A stretch of 64,000 nucleotides of DNA from Blasia pusilla. Its lineage: Eukaryota. The stretch is from NCBI GenBank assembly GCA_050084515.1, contig CM114271.1, forward strand, positions 28,148,001 through 28,212,000. Reading direction: 5' to 3'. The first letter of the stretch is position 1. The number at the start of each line of letters is the position of its first letter. Both the position numbers and the translations under genes were made by a program. A model generated the notes under the pieces. The model was not told where the DNA came from and made no database searches. It saw only the letters and a program-made list of their open reading frames with translations. This document shows, piece by piece, positions 26,932 through 39,769 of this stretch.

Positions 26932-28050
26932 TGTAACGACTCAAAACACGGTCATTACGACCTCTACAAGTAGGGTTGAAATGAAATGCTTCCTAGGGAT
27001 TGAGACAAGTCCTCTTTTTATTTTGGATATGCAGACACTCCACGTGGAAAAACTAGATACCTATTGTGGAAAAACTAGATAGTAAGTTTGTTGAGGAGGA
27101 TCTTCTATTTTTTCGTGTATGTTTGAGCCTATTTGTGTGCGTTCGAGCTCTTCCGTGAGTGTGGCTCGTACGGACGTCCATCTTCCTACAAGTTTTATGC
27201 CTCGCATATGAGAATGTTGCATGGATTTCATAGCGTCATCGCTCCTGTGGTTATTTATGCCAAACATAAATGTTTCATCAATGCTACGAGGTTCAACCTA
27301 CTTTGATTCTGTTTGAGTCTACTGCGTCAGCCATTCACAGTATTCATGGATCCGTGCGCGATTTCTTTTCCATCTCCATTCCAAGTTCCCTTCTTACCTA
27401 CGCCCACACGGTGTCTTGGACTCATTCCGATTGTGCTTAAGCTAGTGTAAGCCTTTTGATTTCTGTGCCTTTTGGTAGTATCGGATTTATTATCAACATT
27501 GTCGTTGTGTCCTTCCACATTCTTGCCGTTGGCTCCTTGCTGTGCGCATTGGTGTGGTCTTTGTGCATACCGTCACTTGTAGTTCTGCTGAGTGTCATAT
27601 TGAAAACTGTTTTTCCCATCTCGCGTTGTCTGTGCTTGCTCGACCCTTGTCTAGGCTGCTCGTTTAAGATCGGTGTTTGAGGTTCTTTCAATTCTTTGAC
27701 TCATACTTTTGATTCATGTTGTATTGGATTCTACCTTTTTCTCCTCCGCTGCACATCTACTATGAGCCTGCGACACTTGGCTCTCTCCGATTTACTCATT
27801 TATCATTGTTTCGTTGCTCAATAGACCATTCTAGTAATACAGCTGATACTTCACGATTGGGGTCGATTTCACTTTGCAGTTGTGTATCTTCTTTGCTAGT
27901 GCACTTGCTTTCCGATTCTCCTTTTCTCTATCTGCATTAGGTTTTATACTACTTCCTCTTTGCATTGCGGTTCTTAAGTACTCGTCTTTTCCTCTACATT
28001 GTGTTGCTCTTCCGACGGTGGCGTTGTTTGTTTTTTAGGGATATGTTTTG
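26932..28050. mobile_element. probable LTR or LTR-retrotransposon fragment
   Basis: Begins TGTAACGAC (LTR-like start), with a compositional shift to a less AT-rich, pyrimidine-biased sequence. No right end or TSD was found. Confidence 0.3.
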
Positions 28051-28500
28051 AATTCTTCCAATCTGCTCCAGTCGGCTCATATGTTAGTCGAGAAGGCTGA
28101 GCTTGCTATTTCCTATCCCAATCAATTGGCATTTAGTGTTTGATTTTCCCAATTTGAATTTCTAGAACTGAACAGAGTCTAATGTCTTTCCACTTTGATC
28201 TGCCAAACCGTAGCAATGTGCTCATGAAGGGTCTTGAAATCATCACTAGTGCCCTAAGAAATCATGAGAGACATCATTCAATGTTTAGCGTGTAGTGTGC
28301 AATGTTCCCCCTCGAGATAACTAAAGTCCCAATGTACTAATTTGAACCCGAGAGGTTTTTGACTCAACCAACTCTCACTATTCTCTATCTATTATAAATC
28401 ATGAGCCAACATCATCTCTACTGACAAATTGAAGTCTCGAGCATGCTATAAACAAGCCCTACAACATACATGATACTTTTAGCATATATTTTGATAGACT

Positions 28501-29125
28501 ATTATCTTATCTATCCATCCTCAAACCGATCATAGGCTGCTCAAATTCAGACCAGACCCCTTGGATTATGCACTCGGGAGGTTCTGGGCTCAAACAACTC
28601 TCACAACTTTGTACCTGCATGTAATCGTGTATTTGTCCCCAATGGGTTTGTTGCTCGCCTCATTCATAGATATATCTTACGTGTTGTGAACAAAAAGCTC
28701 ATGATTTTCTATCTATTGCAATATGATAATACATAAACTACTGTATATCAGTTGTTGGTGCTTATAGATCACATCCTCTACTAATAATACATGGTACTAC
28801 AAATAAATTACTCTAAATTATCTTATCTATCCATCTTCAAACCGACCATAGGCTCCATAAATTTAGACCAGACTCTAAGGATTTTGTACCCAAGAGATCT
28901 TGGGCTAAAAAAACTCTCACAACTCTATTCCTACAAGTAATCATGTATTTGTTCCCAATGGGTATGTTGCTGGCCTCATTCATAGACATGTCCTACTTGC
29001 TGTGAACATAGAGTTGCTGATTTTCTATCTTTTGCAATCTAATAAGACATAAACTATTGTACATCAGTTGTGGGTGCTTATAGATCACATCCTCTACTAA
29101 TAATACTTGGTATAATAAATAGATT
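28501..29125. repeat. ~316-bp tandem duplication in the Helitron 5' coding region
   Basis: ATTATCTTATCTATCCATC(C/T)TCAAACCGA...GATCACATCCTCTACTAATAATAC starts at 28501 and at 28817. Confidence 0.9.
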
Positions 29126-30753
29126 AAATCTTTAGATTGCATCTTTTTAATACTCCCTCATACTATGAACAATCATCTGGCCAATACACACACCAACAAT
29201 TATTGTTGTGCAAATGATGAGGAATCAATTTGAAGAAGGACAACTACTTGGCAAGAATATAAGGCTCAAGTCTATACACTACACAATAAGCAGGTCAGAC
29301 AATGTACATCATTCATCTGTATTTGACAAAGCTCGCCTAAAACTTCATAGATTATATATCCAAAATAGGATTGATCTTGATAAGAAACTTTAGTGCAACC
29401 CATATTGTTATGATAGGGCTTTTGCCAACCATCATCTTTTGGGATGGGGGAATGTATGTGCGAAGACAATTAAGCAAATATAATATAATGTTGTGGTTAT
29501 TGTGGAGCTATTCTATACGGTAACACTAGATCTAGGATGTGTGTAGTCCAATCTACAATATACCCACCTTATGCATTATGTAATGGGTTCTTGAAAGAAT
29601 ACATCATACCACATCCAGGTCATTTTCATATATGTGATTACTGTAGCTCAAAATAACCCCGAACTAATCTTAACGTTCATATGATGCCTAGATACATGAG
29701 AAAGATCCTCAGTATTAATCCCCTATAACTTCAACTTCTGTCTATTATAGACTCAAAAATAGGGATTGAATCAAAATATAATGGGTTCCACAAAGGAATT
29801 TTCTATATATCCTCCATGTTAGATTCTCCCCTCATTCAATTCAACTACAATAGTCCAAGGCATGAACTCCAATCACCTATACTCGATACCATCAAGCAAA
29901 TATTTGCGATCAATCTGTCAATAAATACACTCTATACAGACTACCCCAACTATCATCTGGCTTAGTTGAATTTCCCCTCAACAACAATAGAGAAAATACT
30001 CACACAATCTCAAGAAAAAAGGCCAAGTCATACATAACATGAGCTACGACCCCTATCATTATGAGTTGAATATTTTGCAAGATGTAGTTTACTTCAACTG
30101 ATATTTTTGAAAACGGTAGCCTTTATCTACGTCATAATTCTTCTGTAAGAGAGAGTCTTCTCACATAAATTTATGGTCTCTTTAGATTCTCTTCTCACAA
30201 TAGAAATAGGTTTGTTTCCTTTTATATTCCATTATCTACGAGGATATTCCTCACGAAACTCCTCATTTCCTAATTCCATGCGGAATCGCTCAAAGCAATT
30301 ATTTAGTATATTTTCTCTTTATAAGCCTTAATCTCTCCTTATGCATCAATTGAGGCAGGAAATAGCCTTGTGTTCAAATAGCAGGACTTTCATTCTCACT
30401 TGAGAACTAGACAAGTAAGAAGAGAAAAACCACATCTTCTAGAAGAAGATTTATATTCCTATTTAACTAAATATTCGATTAATCCACAACTTCTTGGAAA
30501 TCCTGCATAGCATTGTTGTCACCTTAAGGACTTGAAAGCCATGGTCCCCAAATCGGGTATGCCTCATTTTTTCTTGACTTCCACATTTGATGACGTTTGA
30601 CCAACCAGATGGCCTGAATTTGATGATATTGAAGTCCTCTTAAAACAGTTCAACACTACATTTTCTTGGCGAGATGCTCCAGCTGAATATGCCCAGTTGT
30701 TCCATTCGAGATTACATTCTTTCATGCAGAAATTTATCCTACGTGGCCTCCAT

Positions 30754-31757
30754 TTTCGCCATCCTCATGACCAAACGAATGCCATAGGGGAACATCGGAA
30801 CATTAGCGGGCTCATGCTAAGATGGTTTGCGCGTTGGAGTGGTCTCGAAAAAGAGACAAGAGATAGGACGCAAGCGAAGCTTTGCGTTTCAGATTGTGTG
30901 GTCGCAACTGAGAAACTTGGACCAAATGCGGAACAAGACTTGAAAGGAGTTGAGTCTAGAAAGTGGGTTGTCAAAGGAAGGAATCCGGATTTGGGATGCC
31001 ACTAGCGTTTGAGAGTTTCCGACTGTATTTATGGCCATAACTTTTAGTGACGAGATGCGTTTGGATTGAACAAGGGTGCGTTAGAAGGCTTATGAAAATC
31101 CACTTCAAACGCACTAAAGATCTCTGCAAACGCATAAGCAACGACTGAGAAACAACCCGAAAATGACTGCAAGTAGAATCGGGTTGAGGGCCACAATGAA
31201 GGGCCCAACCCTCCTTTTCCAAAGGTGGGGGGTTATTGGAGAACCCCATAAGTATTAGTAAGGGGGAAGGTCTCCAAGAGTGCTTGGAACTTGAACCCCA
31301 CTTTGGGCGCCACGGGGCGGCTCAAGGGCATGGAATGGATCGAGAGTTTGGGGTTGGGTTGGAAAATTTGAACCAAGTCTATGGAGGCAATTTTAGACAT
31401 CCCTCTTGGATTTCACCCCGCGACTCAATTACTTGGGTCTCAGTTTGGAACTCACATGAGGTTTGTTGAACAGTTGGGATTACTAGGCGCGCAAGTGCCA
31501 CTTTAGGTTCCTGGACTAATCAGGAAGTTTGTTCCAAGTCTTGAAGGGCTTTCCATGTTTTGGAAACTAGGAAGTAAGGAAGGTTGAGCTTAATGAGACG
31601 TCGAGTTGAGAACTCGGTGGGTTGGAACGCTGGTTGGCCAAGACGCGGCTAACGAGAGTGCATGTTTGGGTGCAGATCGGCGATGAGATCGTGTCCTACT
31701 GAACGTACGCTTCTGCAACAATAAAGATTGACGTTCAAGGAGAGTAGGGGCGCGACA
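30754..31757. mobile_element. solo LTR (~1.0 kb) inserted in the Helitron Rep
   Basis: Perfect 5-bp TSD TCCAT (30749-30753 and 31758-31762); termini TTTCGC...GCGACA (TG..CA with one mutation). Removing it restores the frame ILRGLH|VLGKVVNYLLRHELQGRG. Confidence 0.85.
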
Positions 31758-32495
31758 TCCATGTTCTTGGTAAAGTTGTAAACTATTTACTGAGACATGA
31801 ACTACAAGGCAGAGGTAGTCTACATTGTCACATGGTACTTTGGGTAGACACATCCATATTAGACAGAGTTATCACATAAATCTGTTCCTTCCAATGTAAG
31901 TACATCTAACTTCTCCATATCATCACCAAATGCTACTTCCACTCATGACTTATTACTGCAATATATACTCATAAAATAATTACATAAGTGTAAGCCAGAT
32001 GTATGTGTCATTAGAAAAAAGAATCATAAACCTTACTCTAGGCTAGGGTTCCCTACGGCGCCTAACCTTAGTCCGGTACCTTATATTAATTCTAAAATGA
32101 TAAGATATTTCCGTCCTTCTCTATAACATCGTTAAGATTTGTGCTCTTTGATGGATGTGTTACAATATAAACAACCAATTTGGACAAGTTTTCCTTTGAA
32201 TAAAAACTACTCTTTGCATTACCAAGATTAGACTTTAATGGATCGAGCTAGCTAATCATAGTTATCTTGCAATGATTTAATAAGTCATTTAAGGATAACT
32301 CCCCTTACTTAGATGGATCTATTAGACCTCCAAAAAGAAGGTTATCTAATTGCTTGATAAGCCAATAGTCAAAGTAGTAATAGTGCACCCTGATACACAA
32401 ATGTTTGTTTCTTATTGGGTTGCAACATGAATGATTCTTTTGAGCTTAGGAAATTAGGGAATTGTCATACTATAATCCATTTCATTATTATATAC

Positions 32496-32498
<3 letters not shown>

Positions 32499-32554
<56 letters not shown>
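32499..32554. repeat. (TA)28 microsatellite
   Basis: Directly visible. Confidence 0.95.
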
Positions 32555-32557
<3 letters not shown>

Positions 32558-33859
32558 TTTAGATGTTTTTACTCAAACCTGACTTTAGAATTGATCGCTA
32601 TCTTAATCTCTTAATCACAAAATGGATTAAACTACAAAATGTTTCACTCAAACATAATCACGTAAAGTTGAATGATAGACTTTATCTAGTTCATTTTCAT
32701 AAGAGGTAAAGTGACACATCATATTTCTTTGAAAATAACTACTTCTTTTACGGAGACCTTTGTCACACCAAAAGCCTCCTTCTTCAAATAATAGCATAAG
32801 TATGCTTAATTTTCCTTGATTTTATTTTAAATTTTGTATATTCAATAGATGATAGAGTACAATAACTTGTTATAAGAAATATTAGCTATAATAATCTAAC
32901 CTAAGAAACCAACACAATTCATACAAATTTCTTATTAATTTTCTCTGATGATTTAACTAATAAATATTAACAAAGTTTATTTGTAGTTTGGTTTCTTTTC
33001 ATTTCCCAAATTCTGAAGATTTTTGGAGGACTTTTCCTGATTGTGTGGGGAAGTATAACATTCCCCCTTGCATCTCTTTCGTGAGTGATATTTTATTTGT
33101 ACTTCTAGGTAATGATTACTTGGTCTTAACTTTGTGGTGATTTTCCTCCATTTCCTTTAGGAATTTTATGCGAAAAGGGAAGAAAATGAACCAATTGGAA
33201 GCAGTTATCCAAAGAAGCATATCTCATATTCTAGGGTATATCCAAAAGTTTCACTTAGTACAACAAGTTTTTGTATATAAATTGGGATGATGACAGAGAT
33301 GTTTCTTAAAACTATAAGACTTCCCATGGAATCCCAACACAATAATCTTTGCATTGCATAGCATTTATTGACCTAATTCCATATCACCTACTTTTGTTAC
33401 TCCACTTGGGTGCTCACATGAACATAAAACATGTTACTAGTACTGATTAGTCATTCTATTTGTTAAAGTATGTGTTAAAATCTGAGCCAATAGGGTCACT
33501 AGATATTGATACACAGATTGCTAAGAATAATTCTCTTATTTAGTATTGTTAAATCACATCCACTTCACATCCGAATCTGAAATTTTATCTTCTTCTCAAG
33601 ACAAGTGGACTTATTTACATTAATGTGTACATAGGAAAATAGTACTACGCTTTGAGGATGTATATGCTCTAGTTAAGACTTATGCCATAACAAATCTCTG
33701 GGGTCAGGTACATGTAGATGAAATCCTTGCAAAAGTATTGATATCTTACAACCTGAAATTGTTGTAGATATTTCCGAAATTCTAATACAATCCACTTGAG
33801 CAGCCCTTCCTCCATCACAACCAAAATATGTCCATCCACATGAACCATAGTTGGAAACA

Positions 33860-35125
33860 TTGAATGATGAGCAATTGATGTTTTTCTCCCAACTTAAAGA
33901 CGTACGCTCTGGTCTAGTATTCCTGAAGGGTTCTCTCGGCTGTGGGAAAACTTTATTCATCAAATTCATGTATAGTTATTGGAAGGCTTCTAGTATGTGC
34001 CCACTTCTTACAGCTACAACGGATATTGCCGTTGTTCGTCTACATTCAAAGGCAACCACTATTTGTTCTACTTTGGCCATACCACTTAGAGGCAACTTGC
34101 CTAACATGCATGATGCTGTTCACAATTATATTTGGCTAAGATTATCAAAAGTAGTTGTAATAGATGAATGTTCTATGCTTACAACAAGACTTCTTCGACT
34201 GTGGTAATGCGGCCTAACTAAACCTCTCCTTTAAAGTACACAACTCCATTTGCAAATAAGCTAGTTCTATTGGTAGGAGACTTCTCTCAGATTCCTCCGA
34301 TATATAACCATCGCTCTTATCCTTTCTTTGCTAGCTGCCACATTACTTCATCTACACTATTTCACAATATGCCAACATTTCAGTTGACTACCCCTATGAG
34401 GCACAGGATCCTGATTATCTTACATTCCTCGACATTGTAAGGCAGCGAACACCTATTCCTATAGAAATTCATAGTTTCCTCTCTGAATTTTTTGTCTCTG
34501 AAGACGAGGCTATCGACTTTGTTTATTACGACACTACCATTTTATGCACTCGTGCTGAAGACGTGGATATATTTAATTTAATAACATTGAGAAGGTTGTT
34601 TAGAGATGCATGTGTAGTATCAATAAATATTATATGAGATGCACCCAACACACCTCAGTTTGCATCTTGGCTAAGTAATTCAACTATCCACCAACTACGA
34701 TTTGTTGCCATAAAATGTACTGTTATGCTCACATGCAACGTCAACTTAAAGGTTGAGGTAGCAAATGGATCCTTAGCTACAATTATTGAATTTATTTTCA
34801 TTGAAGACACAATAACTGGTATTGTACTCACCATTATGTCCAACAGCAAGTCTAATACTTTAAGTATATCAAAGTTTGAATCTCTAAGGTATGCATAAGA
34901 CCATACTTACCTTAAGAAATCTTTTCCACTTATTTTACGCTATGCTATGACAGGGCATAAAATCCAAGGCTCTACAACTATTGGTTGTTGTCTTCTAGTG
35001 ATAAATTTGTCTTTGTGTTAGTACTCTTGTATGTAATGTTATCAAGAGTAAAGAATAGAATTCAGTTAAAGATATTTGGAAACTTAAAACCTGAAGAGTT
35101 TCAAGTGTTTTCCGATTCCTCATAA
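33860..35125 (+). pseudogene. PIF1-family SF1 helicase domain of the Helitron RepHel (stops and frameshifts)
   Basis: LNDEQ, Walker A GSLGCGKT, Walker B VVVIDECSML, PFANKLVLLVGDFSQIPPI, FPLILRYAMTGHKIQG, YVMLSRVK. Confidence 0.88.
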
Positions 35126-36422
35126 TACACATTACTTTCTTTGTGAATTTTGGGCATGTAGGTGAGCATGGCATCTCGCATCACTTCAACATGGGGACGT
35201 TTAGGAAGGTCCTCAAACGACTCCCATCCAGGTCTCAACAATTCAGAGATTGGGCACCCTCTTCCATCAAATGACAGAAACTCAGCTTTGATCGAGTTCA
35301 GCGTTGATAAGCAATCTGCAACAATCCAACAAGACCCTCAAGTTCCAAATGAGGCTTGATACTTACCATATTTACTTATCAATAACAATATAATCACACT
35401 CAATCTTCTCATATTCCTTATACTATGTTTGTAGACTCCTCTCAATTACATGGATTTTGCAAGCATGATCTTAAGCGACATAAATAGCTGCCAGGAAGAT
35501 CCCAAGCGACGCTTCACATGCATCACCAACTGAAAATCAAATGAAATATTTAGACAACCTGGGAGTCATGCCTACATTTTGGGAGCACGCGGCCACAAGT
35601 CGACAAATCGAGAGCCTCATCAGCCAAGGTCAAGTTTGGGACTCCAAGTTTCGTCGCACTCACAAGGATGGTCGTGCTTCATGTAAACTCACACTAACTA
35701 TCCACTTCATCTTCGTTTTAGCCAAGTCTTTTCATGCACCCAATGCAGGTCTTTTGTTAATTATGTTATGTTGTTTTTTTAGGAATACAAAAATAAGCCT
35801 TAAGCTTAAGAAATGTTGACTTCAAAGAGGCTTCCCTTAAAAAAATGTCTCCAACCCGATTGTTCAACCTTATTTCGGGAGGCATTCGCCTAAATCAGCT
35901 CATGCAGATTGCTTAGGCATGAAATGCATTTGGCCCTAAATATGCTTCTAGATCTGTCATATTTGAAAGCCACCCATCTCATTGAGCGTACGAAGGAAAC
36001 CCGTTATGATGGTTAGTTTCCAGACTTCGAGCCGGTGCCCATGGACCTGGATAGTGCAAAGTAGGTTCCCTTATTTCCGGATTTTGATGATGTGATCATC
36101 ATTTCTTCTGCTCCTCCCAAAACTACCACTCAACCAAGTAATCAGATGTCAAACAGAGTACATTAGCCACTCGAGTTTCTTAGCCTTCTCAAGTGTCGGG
36201 GACATCACTTGACTCCTATGATTCTAACATGCTTGTTACATCACCAAACAAACGCAAGTGCGCATAGTCTCATAAAGTTGATTATCTCAACCACATACCA
36301 CTTGCATTCTCGTTCTTTTTTATGCGCTACTCTTATAAGTTCTTCATTTTATGATATTTCTTCTTGTTGTCAATGTTGCAGCTTCATGTCATATGGATTC
36401 CAAGCTTCGATTATTCGCTGTT

Positions 36423-37742
36423 TGTGATACCCACAATTTTGTACTTTTGAAGAATTACATCTTTTTATTCAAAGAAGACTTGTATATACATTATGATTTT
36501 GATATTATGGTTGCGTAATAGAAGAATGAGTGAGATTAAAGTGAATCACGAAGCTCCAAGGACAAGGCAGAGAGATAGAAAATCAAGGATTTGCTTGAGA
36601 GGAGAGGAGAATACAATAACGAAGTCTAAAGACTCAGCAAGAAGCTTCGAAAAGACAACGAATCTGTGTTAAGAACTTGTCTATGAAGTGCTTCGCTCCT
36701 GAACGAAGCATCATGAAGAAGAAGAAGAAGAAGAAGAAGAAGAGAAAGAAGTACTTCGCTCTTGAACGAAGAACGAAGCCCTTGGAACAAGAACAAAGAA
36801 TGGAGCGCTTCGTCTTCAGATAAGGAGAAAGAGCTTTGTCCTCAAGCGAAGAAAAAGAGGTCTAGACTTAGCAGCGAAGCGAAGCTACGACTAATAGTGA
36901 TTTCAAGCGACATATAGTTAGAATTGTTATAATAGGAAAATGTGCAACTCTTTGTATCAGATAGGTAGTTAGGACAGTTTCGTTCTGCGGATTCATAGGG
37001 TTCTTAGGAAAAGAGAAGAGCACCATAGATCTAGGTAGTTACAAATGTTGAAGAGACACCAGCTTCATCAAACACGCTTCGAATCTTTAGAATACTCCTA
37101 CTTCAGAGATTATTTAAGAAACATGAAAGTATCTATCATCATTATTCTCTTACGAAATCCTCATGCTGTAAGAATGGTCCGAGCAAGGGAGTAGTACCCT
37201 CTCGAGCTTATATACACTTTTGAAGCTTTCTCATTCTTGATGGAGTAGTAAAGCAATTATTCATTCATTGCGATGTGCGATGCTTATGTCTGAGTATTCT
37301 TTTTGGGTCTGCAGAGTGAAGAGTGAATCAGACAAACCTTTCTCATCGATGGAATAATCAATATGGAGTTGTAGGAAATCTGTTTGACAGAGAGTAGCCT
37401 TCCGAGACGGATTGAGTTTCGGAAGTAGAAGAAGCCAACTTTCATGTTGAGGTCTCTATCAGGTTTCCTGATATCGAGAGGAAATCTACCTGAGCATGTT
37501 GTCAACTTCACTAGAGAGAATTGAGAAAAGAAACTTTGGTACTAAGAAAGATTGAAGATATTGAATCTAAATTATTTACACCTAAATACAAATATTACAA
37601 CAGAATTGTAATTTGAACCTCTCTTTTCATCAAACAATGATCCTCTTGGGGATCGAACTCAGTAAACGATTGAAAAATTGAAACTATTATACATTACACT
37701 ATTACACAAAATTATGTTTTTGTTATTTTTTGCACTTCAGCA
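36423..37742. mobile_element. probable solo LTR (~1.3 kb, Ty3/gypsy-like) containing a (GAA)n tract
   Basis: Termini TGTGATAC...TTCAGCA, near-TSD CTGTT/TTGTT, and purine-rich GAAG repeats at ~36715-36745. Confidence 0.5.
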
Positions 37743-39543
37743 TTGTTCCATCAATAAGCCTGAGTTGTTGAGTTCTTACTAGGACTATGACAGTTATGTG
37801 ATTTCATAAACTATTATGGTAATTTTTATGCATCCCTGATGCTAATTTCCATCTTAGACTCTTCATGCCAATATATTGGAATTCAACAACACTATTTTCT
37901 TTTGCACACCAACATAATGTTCGTTTATTGTGTATTGAGGCTTACATTCATCTATTTATTTCTCATCAATTTTCTCAACTCATGTTTGCATATTCTGCAT
38001 CTAACACTATCATCAATTATTGCTATGAAATATGTTCGTAATATTTTCTTTTGCAGTAGTATTGCTTATGCAAAATCTTTACACAATTATCTGACATTTT
38101 TCTTTGCTCCAATGTTTAATGTGAATCTTTGTTTCTCGCCTTTTTTGGTAGAGTATGTGATTGACATGCACACTCCGTTCTTGTTTTCTTCTTGATTGCA
38201 AACTTCACGCTCCCGCCGTCCTTGCATCCATAGAGCATTTCGTCCTTCAAATCCAGACAAAGCTTACTCAGCAGGACCATCACACCAGGCCGGCTTATAC
38301 AATGTTTAGCTTGCCACAGACAACCCTGTTTGCAATGTGTAAAGGGTTGATAAAGACTCCAATTCTCCTCATCGCCTTAATAATATGGAACATAAGATCC
38401 GTGCAATGCAGACAGAGATCCCGGGTCTACAGGAGTTATTAGACTTAGCTATTCAAGGCAACCAGGAACAAATTCAAGAAGTTGTGGCTCTCAAAAATCA
38501 ACTGAAGGAAGCAAGGGACCAAGTGTCAGCCTTTGCCAAGGATATCCAATGATATATACTTAATGATCCAAAGCTGTCTCTTGATTTGAACAAAATTCAA
38601 TCCATGCTTAGGGACTTTAGGTGTTAGGCGTTGTTGCTTTTACTTTACACTCCAACCTGTGCTCTTTACTGCATTTTACTTTCAGCAGTAGTATAAGGAT
38701 GCTTTCGGCATGAACATTCTTACATGCCCTTTCCCTTTTTGAATCTTAAGCTTTTTCTGTCATTTTTTCTCCAACTGAATCATCCTTTGATATTTGCACA
38801 CTCCATCCAGAGTATGATAATTTCTCTCACTACGCTGTTCCACTTCTAGTGATAACCTTCATGATTTACTTCATTGTGGTCTTTTTTGTTAGACAAATGT
38901 CCTTTCTAAAAATCTCGTCGATGTTTTTACAACAATTTCATTTCATTTCGGCATTGATTCCTATCACTACACGAGTTCTTTCTGTTAATTCACAAAGTCA
39001 AAAGTTCATCAAGACATATCTATAGTTTTGTCCACAACAATGGACTTTTACACATTATATTTCCCATTCAGAAATTAAAGTTAATCCACATGTTGAGCAC
39101 TGTCACATAGTTTTCGCGCAATCCCTTACAACCGTCACACTTCTACAATAGCAAATTATTTAATTTGTGATGTTGGCGCTGTTTTTACAACTCTTCAAAC
39201 ACACTTCTATAATTCACTATCTATGTTTACTTCTCTACGACAACTTCACCCACCTTGTCTTAAGTCATTTTTTTAACAAACCATTTACACAAATGCAAAC
39301 CCATATTTAATGCCAAAACTATATTAAACTAAGTAACCCCTAATTAATTTAGCTGAGTAGGCTGCATACTTGTTTCTAAGCGTTGATAAGCAGGCCTACC
39401 AATCTATACTAATGCTTGAGAAAAATAAATTCAAATTGTTAATCTACATTTGGCGTTAATAAAACAGATGTGTTTGGAATTTTTTAAATTTAATCTGTTT
39501 AATACATTTGTCGTAGGGTCCCTGAAATTCCCAGCCCGAAAAA

Positions 39544-39606
39544 GACACGTGTCACGAGCCTAAGGTGTCGCCATTTGAGGACGCTATCCTCAAACAATAG
39601 TATATA
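39544..39606 (+). promoter_or_regulatory. G-box and TATA-like element upstream of CPN60B
   Basis: Palindrome GACACGTGTC at 39544-39553 (core CACGTG) and TATATA at 39601-39606, followed by a CT-rich leader before the ATG at 39770. Confidence 0.5.
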
Positions 39607-39769
39607 CATTGGTAGGCCGCATTGTCTTTTCGGATTTGATCTTCCCATTCTCACGCCCCTTTCTCCCTGAACAGCTACTCGTGCCGTGCCTCACTGTGCT
39701 CAGAGGCGTCCAGGACTAGTCGCTGGAATCCTGAAGACTTGCGTTTGTGTGCGTGGATTGAGTTCGACA

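Larger units (their letters stand above)
28400..39000 (+). mobile_element. Helitron copy B (decayed Rep-helicase plus downstream accessory exons), interrupted by solo LTRs
   Basis: Rep motif I AMVPKSGMPHFFLT...RWPE (~30540-30620); HUH motif II ELQGRGSLHCHMVLW (31799-31843); motif III IPYHLLLLLHLGAHMNI...YLLKYVLKSEP (33376-33490); PIF1 helicase downstream. The termini were not resolved. Confidence 0.8.

Noticed and set aside
39686-39769. Longer N-terminus for CPN60B
   Set aside because: It starts at GTG; the ATG at 39770 (ACAATGGC context, MAS transit-peptide start) is the plausible initiator.
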